A stretch of DNA of 64,000 bases, from assembly GCA_965204375.1 (NCBI GenBank), contig OZ241986.1, positions 2,496,001 through 2,560,000 on the forward strand, read 5' to 3'. The position numbers and the translations under genes were made by a program. Shown piece by piece: positions 37,620-47,928 of the stretch. The notes under the pieces were generated by a model, which made no database searches, was not told the DNA's origin, and was given only the letters and a program-made list of their open reading frames with translations. Every line of letters starts with the position of its first letter. Within the stretch, counting starts at the first letter, position 1. This DNA is from Candidatus Latescibacterota bacterium (GTDB lineage Bacteria > Latescibacterota > UBA2968).

Positions 37620-40376
37620 ATGAAACCTGAAGATAGTGCCAGAAAGAACATTGACAGGCAATTGGAAGCCGCAGGCTGGATTATCCAGGATCGTGAGAAT
37701 TTGAATCTCGGTGCCTCTCTCGGAGTAGCTATCCGGGAATTTCCGTTGGAATCTGGACTGGCGGATTACGCGCTTTTTGTCAACAGGAAACTCGTTGGTG
37801 TTGTAGAGGCAAAGCCTGAAGGCACGACATTGAGCGGCGTAGCAGAGCAATCCCAGAAATATCTAACAGGAGTCCCTGAAAGTCTCCTACAGGCGGATCC
37901 ACCTCCTTTTGCCTATGAGACTACTGGTGTCGAGACATTCTTTAGGGACGAGCGCGATCCGTATCCGCGTTCCAGACAAATCTTTGCATTTCACCAGCCT
38001 CAAACCCTTCAAGAGTGGATTGAAGAGAAAGGAACGCTTAGAGCGCGGCTACTACACTTACCACCGCTGATCAAGGCACCGCTGAGGGGCTGCCAGATTG
38101 AAGCCATTGAAGGACTGGACCAATCGTTTCAGGAAGCCCGACCAAAAGCACTCATCCAGATGGCTTCTGGCAGTGGCAAGACATATACGGCCATCTCCTT
38201 TATCTATCGCCTGATCAAATTTGCTAAAGCCGAGCGTGTCCTGTTTCTGGTAGATCGAAGTAATTTGGGCCGTCAGACAGCGCGGGAGTTCCAGCAGTAT
38301 AGCACCCCGGATGATGGCCGCAAATTTACGGAGTTATACAATGTCCAACACTTGCGCTCCAATAAGATCGACAAAGTTAATAAGGTGTGCATCACGACGA
38401 TCCAGCGCTTGTATTCAATGCTAAGTGGTGAACCTGAATACCACAAAGATGATGAGGAAGGTTCTTTATTCGACACTTCCCCGGAGCGTTTCGACCATGA
38501 GCAACAAAAGGAAGTCATTTATAATCCGGCGATTCCTATTGAGACATTTGATTTCATCGTCACCGACGAGTGCCACCGCTCAATTTACAATGTGTGGCGC
38601 CCGGTGCTGGATTATTTCGACGCCTTTGTGATTGGTCTGACAGCAACGCCGTCTATGCAAACCCTGGGATTTTTCGACCAGAATCTGGTAACGGAATACA
38701 GCCATGAGCGCGCTGTCGCAGACGGCGTGAATGTCGGCTATGAGGTCTATCGGATCAAGACCCGAATTACAGAGGAAGGCAGCAAAATCGAAGCTGGTTT
38801 TCATGTAGATATCCGCGACAAGTTGACGCGAGCGAGGCGGTGGGAACAATTAGAGGATGACCTGGATTATGAGTCTCGCCAACTCGACCGAGAGGTGGTT
38901 GCCCCCGACCAGATCAGGACTGTGGTCAAGACGTTCAAAGAGCGATTGTTCACTGATATTTTTTCGGACAGAATCGAGGTACCCAAAACACTCATCTTTG
39001 CGAAAGACGACTCACACGCGGAAGATATAGTCCATATCGTGCGGGAGGAATTTGGCAAAGGCAATGAGTTTTGCAAGAAAATCACCTATCGCACCACAGG
39101 CGAGAGTCCCGAAGCCCTAATCACGAGTTTTCGCAACTCCTATAACCCCAGAATTGCGGTAACCGTGGATATGATCTCCACCGGCACAGACATCCGCCCC
39201 CTTGAGTGTTTGCTATTCATGCGTTCAATTAAGTCACGGGTGTATTTCGAGCAAATGAAAGGCCGTGGAACGCGCACGATTTCAGATACGGATATCAAGG
39301 CGGTAACGCCGGATACCGAGCACAAAACGCATTTCGTAATTGTCGATGCCGTAGGTGTATGCGAGGACGACAAGACCGATTCCCGGCCTCTGGTGAGAAA
39401 ACGCAGTATTCCCTTTGACAAATTACTCTTTGAGATCGCCATGGGGAAAAGAGATGAGGATACCATCACGACTCTGGCAGGCAGGCTGGGGCAACTGGAC
39501 CAAAAGTTGAACGACGGAAAGCGTGCAGAGATCAGCGAGATTGCAGGTGTTCCGATCAAGGACCTGACGCATCGCCTTCTGGACGCTGTTGATCCCGATA
39601 AGAAGGTTGAGAAGGCAAAAGAACTTTTCTCAACAGACGAGCCTGATGAGGTACAGATTGAGCAAGCCAGCGAAGCATTAGCGGCAACTGCCTGCGACCC
39701 TTTTGACAATCCCGGTTTGCGAAATAAACTCATTGAACTTCACCAGCGAAGCGAACAGGTTATCGACACGGTCAGTTTCGACCAATTGGTGTCGGCAGGC
39801 TTTGATGAGGCAGCGAAGGAAAAAGCAAAGACAACTGTAGATACCTTCAAGCAATTCATTGAGGACAACAAGGATGAATTGACAGCCTTACAGATCATCT
39901 ACAACAGACCACACGCTCAGCGACACATGACCTATGACCAGATTGATGAACTTGCCGAAACCATTAAAAAACCACCCTATCACATCGCGCCCGAACAAGT
40001 CTGGAAAGCCTACGAGCAACTTGAAAAGTCAAAAGTTCGAGGGGCAAGCCCGCACATATTGCTCACGGATATTATTTCTCTCGTGCGTTTTACAATTGGT
40101 GATGTCGAGATCCTTGAACCGTTCCCTGAAACCGTAACCCGACGGTTTGATTCGTGGTTGACCGAACAGGAACAGGCGGAAACGGTATTTACACCCGAGC
40201 AGCGGGAATGGCTAAAAATGATCAAAGACCACATTGCCTCGTCTTTGTCGATTGGAATGGATGACTTTGAATACACGCCCTTTGTCGAAAAAGGCGGGCC
40301 GGTGAAGGCTTATAAGCTATTTGGTGAGGCGTTGGATACAATTCTTGAGACGTTGAATGAACAGTTGGTGGCGTAA
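37620..40376 (+). CDS. hsdR: Type I restriction endonuclease subunit R (EcoEI-like)
   Basis: ADY..VEAK nuclease motif, MASGSGKT, DECHR, GLTATP, QMKGRGTR, EcoEI-type C-terminus. Confidence 0.93.
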   Translation: MKPEDSARKNIDRQLEAAGWIIQDRENLNLGASLGVAIREFPLESGLADYALFVNRKLVGVVEAKPEGTTLSGVAEQSQKYLTGVPESLLQADPPPFAYETTGVETFFRDERDPYPRSRQIFAFHQPQTLQEWIEEKGTLRARLLHLPPLIKAPLRGCQIEAIEGLDQSFQEARPKALIQMASGSGKTYTAISFIYRLIKFAKAERVLFLVDRSNLGRQTAREFQQYSTPDDGRKFTELYNVQHLRSNKIDKVNKVCITTIQRLYSMLSGEPEYHKDDEEGSLFDTSPERFDHEQQKEVIYNPAIPIETFDFIVTDECHRSIYNVWRPVLDYFDAFVIGLTATPSMQTLGFFDQNLVTEYSHERAVADGVNVGYEVYRIKTRITEEGSKIEAGFHVDIRDKLTRARRWEQLEDDLDYESRQLDREVVAPDQIRTVVKTFKERLFTDIFSDRIEVPKTLIFAKDDSHAEDIVHIVREEFGKGNEFCKKITYRTTGESPEALITSFRNSYNPRIAVTVDMISTGTDIRPLECLLFMRSIKSRVYFEQMKGRGTRTISDTDIKAVTPDTEHKTHFVIVDAVGVCEDDKTDSRPLVRKRSIPFDKLLFEIAMGKRDEDTITTLAGRLGQLDQKLNDGKRAEISEIAGVPIKDLTHRLLDAVDPDKKVEKAKELFSTDEPDEVQIEQASEALAATACDPFDNPGLRNKLIELHQRSEQVIDTVSFDQLVSAGFDEAAKEKAKTTVDTFKQFIEDNKDELTALQIIYNRPHAQRHMTYDQIDELAETIKKPPYHIAPEQVWKAYEQLEKSKVRGASPHILLTDIISLVRFTIGDVEILEPFPETVTRRFDSWLTEQEQAETVFTPEQREWLKMIKDHIASSLSIGMDDFEYTPFVEKGGPVKAYKLFGEALDTILETLNEQLVA

Positions 40377-41310
40377 GGCAGATCCTGAGAAAAAATTTTC
40401 GATAGGAAATAGGTAAAATGAACGAAACAAATGTCGGTTTGTCTGAGCAGCCAGAAGGGTGGGTGTGGACGACTGTCAGTAGTATTGGTTTAGTTGCAAG
40501 CGGACAAACACCTAAAGGAATCAATGATTTAGACTCGAAAGGTAAAATTCCGTTTTATAAGATTAGCGACATGAATAAATCGGGAAATGAAAAATTCATG
40601 CGCGACACAGCAATCGCGCTTGACAATGCCGAAATCGAAAGATTAGGAATCCATGTCAGAGAACAGGGAACAGTGATTTTTCCTAAGAGAGGTGGAGCAA
40701 TAGCTACAAACAAGAAGCGGATATTATCCTATCCATCGGCCTACGATTTAAATATCATGGGAGTATCGCCTTATATTGTCCCGACGGATTTTTTCTACCA
40801 CTGGCTATTATCAATTGATCTTGCTACATTATCTGATGGCTCGAATGTTCCACAGCTTAATCATAAGCATATAGATCCGTTGCCTTTTCCTCTTCCCCCT
40901 CTCTCCGAACAACATCGCATCGTCGCCAAAATCGAAGAGCTTTTCACCAAACTCGATGCGGGCAAAGAAGAACTCTTGCAGGCCAAGGCGCGATTGAAAC
41001 GTTACCGTCAGTCTGTCTTGAAAGCAGCCATGGACGGAAAGCTGACGGAAGATTGGCGAAAGACGCACGAAGGCGAGATTGAACCTGCGTCTGTATTACT
41101 GAATCGGATTCTCAAGGAGCGGCGGGAAAAATGGGAAGCAGAGCAACTTGAGCAGATGAAAGCAAATGGGAAGATGCCCAAAGACGACAAATGGAAGAAT
41201 AAATACAAGGAACCGCTCGAGCCAGATACCTCGAAACTATCCGAGTTACCAGAAGGGTGGATGTGGACAAATATTCAGCAACTAAGCAAAGTTAGCGGAG
41301 GACTTACTAA

Positions 41311-43041
41311 CCCGACTAATTCATGAAAGTTTATGAATAGGCTATTTATGTCATCATTTCGATGTTGTAAGCCCTCTGTCCGTGATTTTCTGTTTTTGTC
41401 GCTCCCGATTGTATTTTTACCGGGTCTGACAGGTCAATGTCATTGGTTGTGCGTGCCTGTGGTAGTCAAAAAGGCCACAGGTTCCCCCTTGCCCTTGCCT
41501 GCCGAGTCTTTGCCCAGCACAAGGCGGTGTCTGTGTCTGTTGCGCCAGTGATGTTGTCTGCCTTCTGCTTGCCATCTCTGCCCTCCTGCGTTTTGGGTTA
41601 GGGAAACGCCTTTGCCAGATTGTGCAGGATTTTATCATAGACGTGTTGCAAAGGAAAGGACACAGGCAGATGGAAGGTGATCCTCGTATTCAACTCACAG
41701 ACGCGTCCTGCGACTTTGAGGAAGCGATTTTGAATGGTATTGACCTGCGCGTTTATCCACCTTGTGCCATTGAATCCTATTTGCGCCAATGTCTGTATCA
41801 AGACATAGGCGGCAGAATGGAGAAAGAGGCGGAACTGATTGGCAGTAAAGCTGTGACAGGATGTGCGGTCAGAGTGGAGAAAGGTTTTGTGATTTTTAAT
41901 GAAGTTTTCCATCTGTCCGCGCGCACAATAGACGCTTTGATAGATAAAGGACGCCATTGAACTTTTCAGGTTGGTCACGACAAAGCGTGTGTTTTGGCCT
42001 CGGTCACTGATTTCGACCTTGCATACGATGCGTTGTGCCTTGTTCCAACTCTTTGCCTGATAGGAAAACGAGGTAAAAAGACGCACGGCCTCCTTTGTAT
42101 GTGCATAAAGCCTTTTGGCCTGCGCGATAAGGGGTTGTGCCGCCTCACAAAGCTTGGCATTGCTGGTCTGTCCTAAGATAAAATACAGGTCATCAGTCTC
42201 ACAAAGGTGATGGACTTGCGGACAAGAAAAGTGGGCATCACCCCGCAAGATGATCGCCACATCAGGCCAAGCCTGACGCAGATAGGCCACCAAACGCTTG
42301 ACTATGGCGACTATCTGTTGGCCGGTCGGACGGATACCGGGACGCAATATCGTAGTGATCAACTTACCGGTTTGTCCCTCATAAATATGCAAGGGCTGAT
42401 AGGTGTAGGCATTGTAATAGCCATTGAATAGGGACAACTGCTGGGTCCCATAAACCGTATCCTGTGTATCATCAATATCTAAGATGATCGCCTCGGGCGG
42501 CTTTTTATACGAAGCGATAAAACAATCGAGGAAGGCACGGGCAATCCGATACAAGTCGCTTCGCCTGATCTGGTTCTCAAACCGGCTCATCGTGGGTTGA
42601 CTGCCCAAGTCTTTACCTGAAAGCGGCAAGACACCACAGGCGGCCTTGATACCCGGATCGCTGCGTAAGGCATCACAATCATTGCCATCTTCATACCCAC
42701 AGGCTATCTGGAACACCCGTTGCTTGACCAACTCTGCGACGGAGTGCCTCACATAACTCTTATGCCGACGATCCCTGATCGCAGCACTCATGCGTGTTAA
42801 AATGCCAGATTTTGCCTCTACTTCTCGAAGCAATAACGCGCCGCTATCGCTGGTGAGAATGCCCCCATCAAAGGCGAGGTCAAGCCGTTTGCCGAAAATG
42901 CTTGCCAAAGGAACCTTGCGATGTTTATCTTGTGACCCCATGGTAGTTTCCTCCAAGTCTATTGTACAATGGTTATGGTTCTAACCTATAATAATACAAT
43001 GACTTGAATAAGGAAACTACCTTTTTTATGAATTTTTCAGG
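41311..43041 (-). mobile_element. IS1380-family insertion sequence, 1731 bp
   Basis: Imperfect terminal IRs cccgactaattcatgaaa / cctgaaaaattcataaaa (14/18); 4-bp target duplication CTAA at 41307-41310 and 43042-43045. Confidence 0.92.
41598..42941 (-). CDS. IS1380-family DDE transposase
   Basis: FDGGILTSDSG, GYEDGND, SQPTMSR, LDIDDT, LRGD, YCARGQMENFIK; GGAGG RBS. Confidence 0.93.
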   Translation of the reverse strand: MGSQDKHRKVPLASIFGKRLDLAFDGGILTSDSGALLLREVEAKSGILTRMSAAIRDRRHKSYVRHSVAELVKQRVFQIACGYEDGNDCDALRSDPGIKAACGVLPLSGKDLGSQPTMSRFENQIRRSDLYRIARAFLDCFIASYKKPPEAIILDIDDTQDTVYGTQQLSLFNGYYNAYTYQPLHIYEGQTGKLITTILRPGIRPTGQQIVAIVKRLVAYLRQAWPDVAIILRGDAHFSCPQVHHLCETDDLYFILGQTSNAKLCEAAQPLIAQAKRLYAHTKEAVRLFTSFSYQAKSWNKAQRIVCKVEISDRGQNTRFVVTNLKSSMASFIYQSVYCARGQMENFIKNHKTFLHSDRTSCHSFTANQFRLFLHSAAYVLIQTLAQIGFNGTRWINAQVNTIQNRFLKVAGRVCELNTRITFHLPVSFPLQHVYDKILHNLAKAFP

Positions 43042-43700
43042 CTAAGAATTCGAAGAGAAATACTTACCCAAAGAAATTACCATATCTTCGAGTCGCTAAT
43101 GTCTATGCAGACGAGTTGCGTTTAGAAGAAATCAAAGATATCGGTGTTAAAAAAGAAGAATTGAACAGGGTTTTATTGAAAGATGGAGATATGCTAGTTG
43201 TGGAAGGAAATGGTAGCCCTGACCAAATAGGTAGAGTTGCTATATGGAATGGAAGTATTTCACCGTGTGTTCATCAGAATCACATAATAAAAGCCAGATT
43301 CGACCCAGTGGAGATCGGAATGTATTGTATATATTGGCTTCTATCGATTGAAGGAAGAAAATATATCAGTCAAGTTGCCAGTTCTACATCAGGTCTTTAT
43401 ACACTCAGTATTTCCAAAGTGCAGGCACTCCCTGTCCCTATTCCACCATTGAGAGAACAGCAAGTGATTATTGAGGAAATAGATCGCTACCTCTCTGTTG
43501 CCGATGCAGTCGAAGCAACTGTTGATGCGGAACTCAAACGCTCTGATGCACTCCGTCAATCTATTCTTAAGCAGGCGTTCTCTGGCAAATTGGTTCCACA
43601 AGATCCCAATGATGAGCCAGCAGAAAAATTGCTTGAGCGTATTAAAAAAGAGAAGACCAAATGGGAAACCGCGCAAAAGACCAATAGAAAAGCAAAAAAA

Positions 43701-43733
43701 CAATTGGCGTTATTTGAGCATTGAAGATGCAAT
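43701..43733 (+). repeat. 33-bp direct repeat, copy 1 (covers the hsdS stop)
   Basis: caattggcgttatttgagcattgaagatgcaat, identical to 44219-44251. Confidence 0.95.
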
Positions 43734-43752
43734 AATGTTGGCAGAGCAAGCA

Positions 43753-43781
43753 TTGCATTTGGTGAGACCTTATGTTAAAAT
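43753..43781 (+). promoter_or_regulatory. Sigma70 promoter inside the repeat-bounded cassette
   Basis: TTGCAT-N17-TAAAAT with extended TG. Confidence 0.6.
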
Positions 43782-43838
43782 CAGGCGTTACCACACCTAA
43801 TAAGGGAACGTATCTCAAATTTGGAGAGGTGACACATT

Positions 43839-44267
43839 ATGGAAACCCGGCACAAGGAACTCGATTTTGTGCGACCACTGGTAGATGACGGTGCACTACA
43901 ACAATTAGAGGAGATACGTCAAGAGGCTATGGAAGCATCGGCATTGGATAGCGAAATTGATCCTGTCCCAGATCAGGCATACGATGACGCACGTTCTTTG
44001 CTAAAAATGCTCTCTCATTACAATGTTCCCATGCCAGAAATTGGCTGGGCAGAAGATGGCAGCCTTGGACTTGAATGGCGACCAGAGAACGGCATAGTGA
44101 CAATGGGAGTCTATGGAGATACTCATGTCATCTACGGTGCTTTTTTTCACGATAAACGTCAAGTTGAAGGAATCTGTGCATTATCAGATACTGCCAGGTT
44201 GAGGGGCTTTCTTAAAAGCAATTGGCGTTATTTGAGCATTGAAGATGCAATGACCAAAAGGGGATAG
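43839..44267 (+). CDS. Hypothetical protein
   Basis: GAGAGG RBS; acidic; PxIxxxxDGxxxxEW motif; C-terminus encoded by repeat copy 2. Confidence 0.7.
   Translation: METRHKELDFVRPLVDDGALQQLEEIRQEAMEASALDSEIDPVPDQAYDDARSLLKMLSHYNVPMPEIGWAEDGSLGLEWRPENGIVTMGVYGDTHVIYGAFFHDKRQVEGICALSDTARLRGFLKSNWRYLSIEDAMTKRG
44219..44251 (+). repeat. 33-bp direct repeat, copy 2
   Basis: Identical to 43701-43733. Confidence 0.95.
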
Positions 44268-44271
44268 AACA

Positions 44272-44562
44272 ATGGGAAAAACCACTCTTAAAATGCAGTT
44301 TCACCTTCCGATTGAAAACATCTCCCAAAAGCATCAAACGGAAGCCACAAAAAAGGCAAAAGCAGCCTTTGTGCTTGAACTTCTCCGACAAGGGGACATC
44401 AGCGCGGGAAAAGCGGCGGAACTTCTCAATGTTTCCCGATGGAAACTCTCGGAATTGATGGCTGACGCAGGGATTTCCGCCTTTGATGAAAGCCAGACAG
44501 CAGAAACTTTACAGGCGGAAGTTGACAATGCACTAAAAGATTTCGAGAAATCCACAATATAG
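44272..44562 (+). CDS. UPF0175-family HTH protein (putative antitoxin)
   Basis: LLRQGDISAGKAAELLNVSRW..LM...GI. Confidence 0.8.
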   Translation: MGKTTLKMQFHLPIENISQKHQTEATKKAKAAFVLELLRQGDISAGKAAELLNVSRWKLSELMADAGISAFDESQTAETLQAEVDNALKDFEKSTI

Positions 44563-44575
44563 GAGACCAATAAAA

Positions 44576-46111
44576 ATGCCATCAGAAGTTTCCAAATTAA
44601 ACGATCCAGCGTCAATTGTGCAAAAATTGTGGAATTACTGCAATGTCCTGCGCGATGACGGTGTCAGTTATGGCGATTATGTCGAGCAGTTGACCTACTT
44701 GCTTTTTTTGAAAATGGCCGACGAGCAGATCAGACCGCCCTACAACCGACAATCAATTATCCCATTAGATGCAGACGGTAATGAGCTTAATTGGCCCAGC
44801 TTGATTGAAAAAGACGGAGATGCTCTCGAAAACCATTACCGACACATCCTCACTGAGCTTGCCAGAGCCAGCGGGATGCTCGGGGTTATATTTCGCAAAT
44901 CTCAGAACAAAATTCAGGACCCGGCCAAGCTCAAGCGTATCATCTATCTCATTGATGGGGAAACCTGGATGGGAATGGATATTGACGTCAAGGGCGAGAT
45001 TTATGAAGGACTCTTGCAGAAAAACGCCGAAGATGTCAAGGGCGGCGCAGGCCAATATTTCACCCCGCGTCCCCTCATCAAGGCGATGGTTGAGGTCATG
45101 CGACCAAAGCCCGGTATGACGATCTGTGATCCCGCCTGTGGCACGGGCGGTTTCTTTCTGGCCGCGCACAAATATCTATCTGAGAACCACAGGTTAGATC
45201 GGAAGCAAAAGGAATTTCTGCGCTTCAACACGTTCACAGGCACGGACATTGTTGACGGCGTCGTTAGACTGTGCGCGATGAACCTTTATTTGCACGGCAT
45301 CGGCGGAGATGATAGCCCGGTCACAGTGGGTGACAGTCTGATCAGCGATCCCGGTGATCGCTTTGACATGGTGCTCACCAATCCGCCCTTTGGCAAGAAA
45401 AGTAGTGTCACCATCGTAAATGACGAAGGCAAGGCCGACAAAGAATCCCTCACCTATGAACGCGAGGATTTCTGGGCGACCACCTCCAACAAGCAGTTGA
45501 ACTTCTTACAGCACATCAAGACCCTGCTCAAAATCAACGGCAGTGCAGCAGTCGTACTGCCCGACAATGTACTCTTTGAAGGAGGTGCTGGTGAGACGGT
45601 TCGCAAGAAACTGCTACAGGAAGCTGACGCACATACCCTCCTTCGCCTGCCCACGGGCATCTTTTACGCGCAGGGCGTGAAAGCCAATGTCTTATTCTTT
45701 GACCGCAAGCCCGCGAGCGAGCATCCCTGGACAGAGAAGTTGTGGATTTACGACTTGAGGACGAACAAGCATTTTACGCTCAAGAAAAATCCATTGCGCT
45801 TTGAGGACTTGCAGGATTTTATCGCGTGCTACAACCCTGAAAATCGTCATGATCGCAAGGAAACCGAGCGGTTCAAGTGCTTTGCGTATGATGAGTTGAT
45901 GCAGCGAGACAAAGTGAGTCTGGACATTTTCTGGCTGCGAGATGAAAGTCTTGAAGAGTCTGAGAATCTTCCCGAACCAGATGTGATTGCCGCGGAAATT
46001 ACTGAAAACCTGGAGGCGGCATTAGAGCAGTTTGCGAGTATTTACGAGGAGATTGCTCCCAACGAGGATGGGGCGACTGAAGAGTATGAATATGTGACCC
46101 AAACAGATTGA
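44576..46111 (+). CDS. hsdM: Type I N6-adenine methyltransferase subunit M
   Basis: KLWNYCNVLRDDG, GQYFTPR, DPACGTGGF, NPPFG, LRLPTGIF. Confidence 0.95.
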   Translation: MPSEVSKLNDPASIVQKLWNYCNVLRDDGVSYGDYVEQLTYLLFLKMADEQIRPPYNRQSIIPLDADGNELNWPSLIEKDGDALENHYRHILTELARASGMLGVIFRKSQNKIQDPAKLKRIIYLIDGETWMGMDIDVKGEIYEGLLQKNAEDVKGGAGQYFTPRPLIKAMVEVMRPKPGMTICDPACGTGGFFLAAHKYLSENHRLDRKQKEFLRFNTFTGTDIVDGVVRLCAMNLYLHGIGGDDSPVTVGDSLISDPGDRFDMVLTNPPFGKKSSVTIVNDEGKADKESLTYEREDFWATTSNKQLNFLQHIKTLLKINGSAAVVLPDNVLFEGGAGETVRKKLLQEADAHTLLRLPTGIFYAQGVKANVLFFDRKPASEHPWTEKLWIYDLRTNKHFTLKKNPLRFEDLQDFIACYNPENRHDRKETERFKCFAYDELMQRDKVSLDIFWLRDESLEESENLPEPDVIAAEITENLEAALEQFASIYEEIAPNEDGATEEYEYVTQTD

Positions 46112-46128
46112 CAACAAAAGGAGTATTG

Positions 46129-47916
46129 ATGCAGAAAGATTATTCTGAAGTCAAAGGTCAACTGCGGAGTCAAGAGTGGTTCAACAACCCGCACAACATG
46201 GGCATGACAGCCGTCTATGTCGAACGCTACATGAACTACGGCTGGACGCGCGAAGAACTCCAATCGGGCAAACCCGTTATCGGCATCGCGCAAACGGGTG
46301 GTGACCTCACCCCCTGCAATCGCATTCACGTCGAATTGGTCGATCGCGTCAAAGCCGGTATTCGCGACAACGGCGGCATACCCTTTGAATTTCCCGTACA
46401 CCCCATAGCCGAGCAGGGCAAACGGCCCACGGCTGCTCTCGACCGCAACCTCGCCTACCTCGGACTGGTCGAAATCCTGCACGGCTATCCCATCGACGGC
46501 GTCGTGCTCACCACCGGATGCGACAAAACCACACCCGCCTGCATCATGGCTGCCTGCACCATGAACCTGCCCGCCATCGTCCTCTCTGGCGGTCCGATGC
46601 TCGATGGACACTGGCGCGGTCGCCTGGCCGGATCGGGCACAGTTGTATGGGAAGCCCGCGAACGCTACGCGGCTGGTGAAATCGACTACGACGGGTTCAT
46701 GGATATCGTCACATCATCCTCGCCCAGTGTGGGTCACTGCAACACAATGGGAACCGCCTTATCTATGAACGCATTGGCCGAAGCACTTGGATTATCGCTT
46801 ACCGGATGTGCGGCCATCCCCGCACCCTATCGCGCCCGCAAGCAAATGGCCTATCGCACGGGTCTGCGCATCGTCGATATGGTCAAAGAAGATCTCACCC
46901 CCGACAAAATTCTCACACCAGAGGCCTTCCAAAACGCCATTGTCGTCAACTCGGCGCTCGGCGGTTCGACCAATGCGCCGGTTCACATCACCGCCATGGC
47001 GCGGCACATCGGGCTGGAACTGCCGGCAAAAGACTGGCAAACATATGGTCACCATATCCCCCTACTCGTCAACTGCCAGCCCGCAGGCGAATACCTCGGC
47101 GAAGCCTTTTACCGCGCTGGTGGTGTGCCCGCCGTCATGACTGAACTCGTCAAAACCGGCAAACTCCACACCTACTGCCAGACCGTCACAGGCAAAACCA
47201 TAGGCGAAAATCTCAAAGACATTGCCATTGAAGACGAGCGCGTCATCAAGCCCTATGACCAACCCTTGAAAGAAAACGCCGGATTCATTGTACTCAGCGG
47301 CAACCTCTTTGAAGCGGGCCTGCTCAAAACCTCTGTAATTGGTGACGACTTCCGCAAAAAATATCTCCAGCGCGAAGGCGATCCAAACGCCTGGGAAGGC
47401 ACGGCAGTGGTCTTCGATGGTCCCGAAGATTATCACCACCGCATCAATGACCCCGATTTGCCCATCGACGAAAATGCCATGCTCTTCATACGCTATTGCG
47501 GCCCCGTGGGCTACCCCGGCTCAGCCGAAGTCGTCAACATGCTCCCGCCCGACCGCCTCGTGCAGGCTGGCATTTCCGAACTGCCCTGCATCGGCGATGG
47601 GCGTCAAAGCGGCACCTCTGCCAGCCCGTCCATACTCAACGCCTCGCCCGAAGCCACAGTGGGCGGTGGCCTTGCCTTTCTCAAAACAGGTGACCGCGTG
47701 CGCATTGACCTCAACACCTGCACGGCCAATGTCCTCGTCAGTGAACGGGAACTCGCCCAGCGCAAAAAGGACTGGAAACAACCCGATCTGGTCCACCAGA
47801 CACCCTGGCAGGAAATCTATCGCCAAAATGTGGGACAACTCGCCGATGGCGCGTGTATGGAACTGGCCGTCAAATACCAGAATGTACGCGACAACACCCC
47901 TCGCCATTCGCATTAA
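46129..47916 (+). CDS. IlvD/Edd-family dehydratase (pentonate/sugar-acid dehydratase-like)
   Basis: PCN, GCDKTTPA, GHCNTMGTA, GGSTN, DGRQSGTS, C-terminal HSH. Confidence 0.88.
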   Translation: MQKDYSEVKGQLRSQEWFNNPHNMGMTAVYVERYMNYGWTREELQSGKPVIGIAQTGGDLTPCNRIHVELVDRVKAGIRDNGGIPFEFPVHPIAEQGKRPTAALDRNLAYLGLVEILHGYPIDGVVLTTGCDKTTPACIMAACTMNLPAIVLSGGPMLDGHWRGRLAGSGTVVWEARERYAAGEIDYDGFMDIVTSSSPSVGHCNTMGTALSMNALAEALGLSLTGCAAIPAPYRARKQMAYRTGLRIVDMVKEDLTPDKILTPEAFQNAIVVNSALGGSTNAPVHITAMARHIGLELPAKDWQTYGHHIPLLVNCQPAGEYLGEAFYRAGGVPAVMTELVKTGKLHTYCQTVTGKTIGENLKDIAIEDERVIKPYDQPLKENAGFIVLSGNLFEAGLLKTSVIGDDFRKKYLQREGDPNAWEGTAVVFDGPEDYHHRINDPDLPIDENAMLFIRYCGPVGYPGSAEVVNMLPPDRLVQAGISELPCIGDGRQSGTSASPSILNASPEATVGGGLAFLKTGDRVRIDLNTCTANVLVSERELAQRKKDWKQPDLVHQTPWQEIYRQNVGQLADGACMELAVKYQNVRDNTPRHSH

Positions 47917-47928
47917 ACCGACTGCATC

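Larger units (their letters stand above)
40418..43724 (+). pseudogene. hsdS: Type I specificity subunit interrupted by IS1380; 5' part 40418-41326 (302 aa ORF), 3' part 43046-43724
   Basis: PEGWxW TRD starts and PLPPL.EQ.RIV conserved regions; removing the IS and one CTAA rejoins ...GGLT-K-NSKRN... in frame (523 aa). Confidence 0.92.

Noticed and set aside
43116-43724. 3' hsdS fragment as an independent gene
   Set aside because: Lacks the TRD2 start, has a TTG start without a clear RBS, and is explained by the IS insertion
43701-44251. 33-bp repeats as a CRISPR array
   Set aside because: Only two copies 518 bp apart and no cas genes
36450-46111. RM locus as a tRNA-Val-integrated island
   Set aside because: The tRNA 3' end points away from the locus; no integrase or duplicated tRNA end was seen
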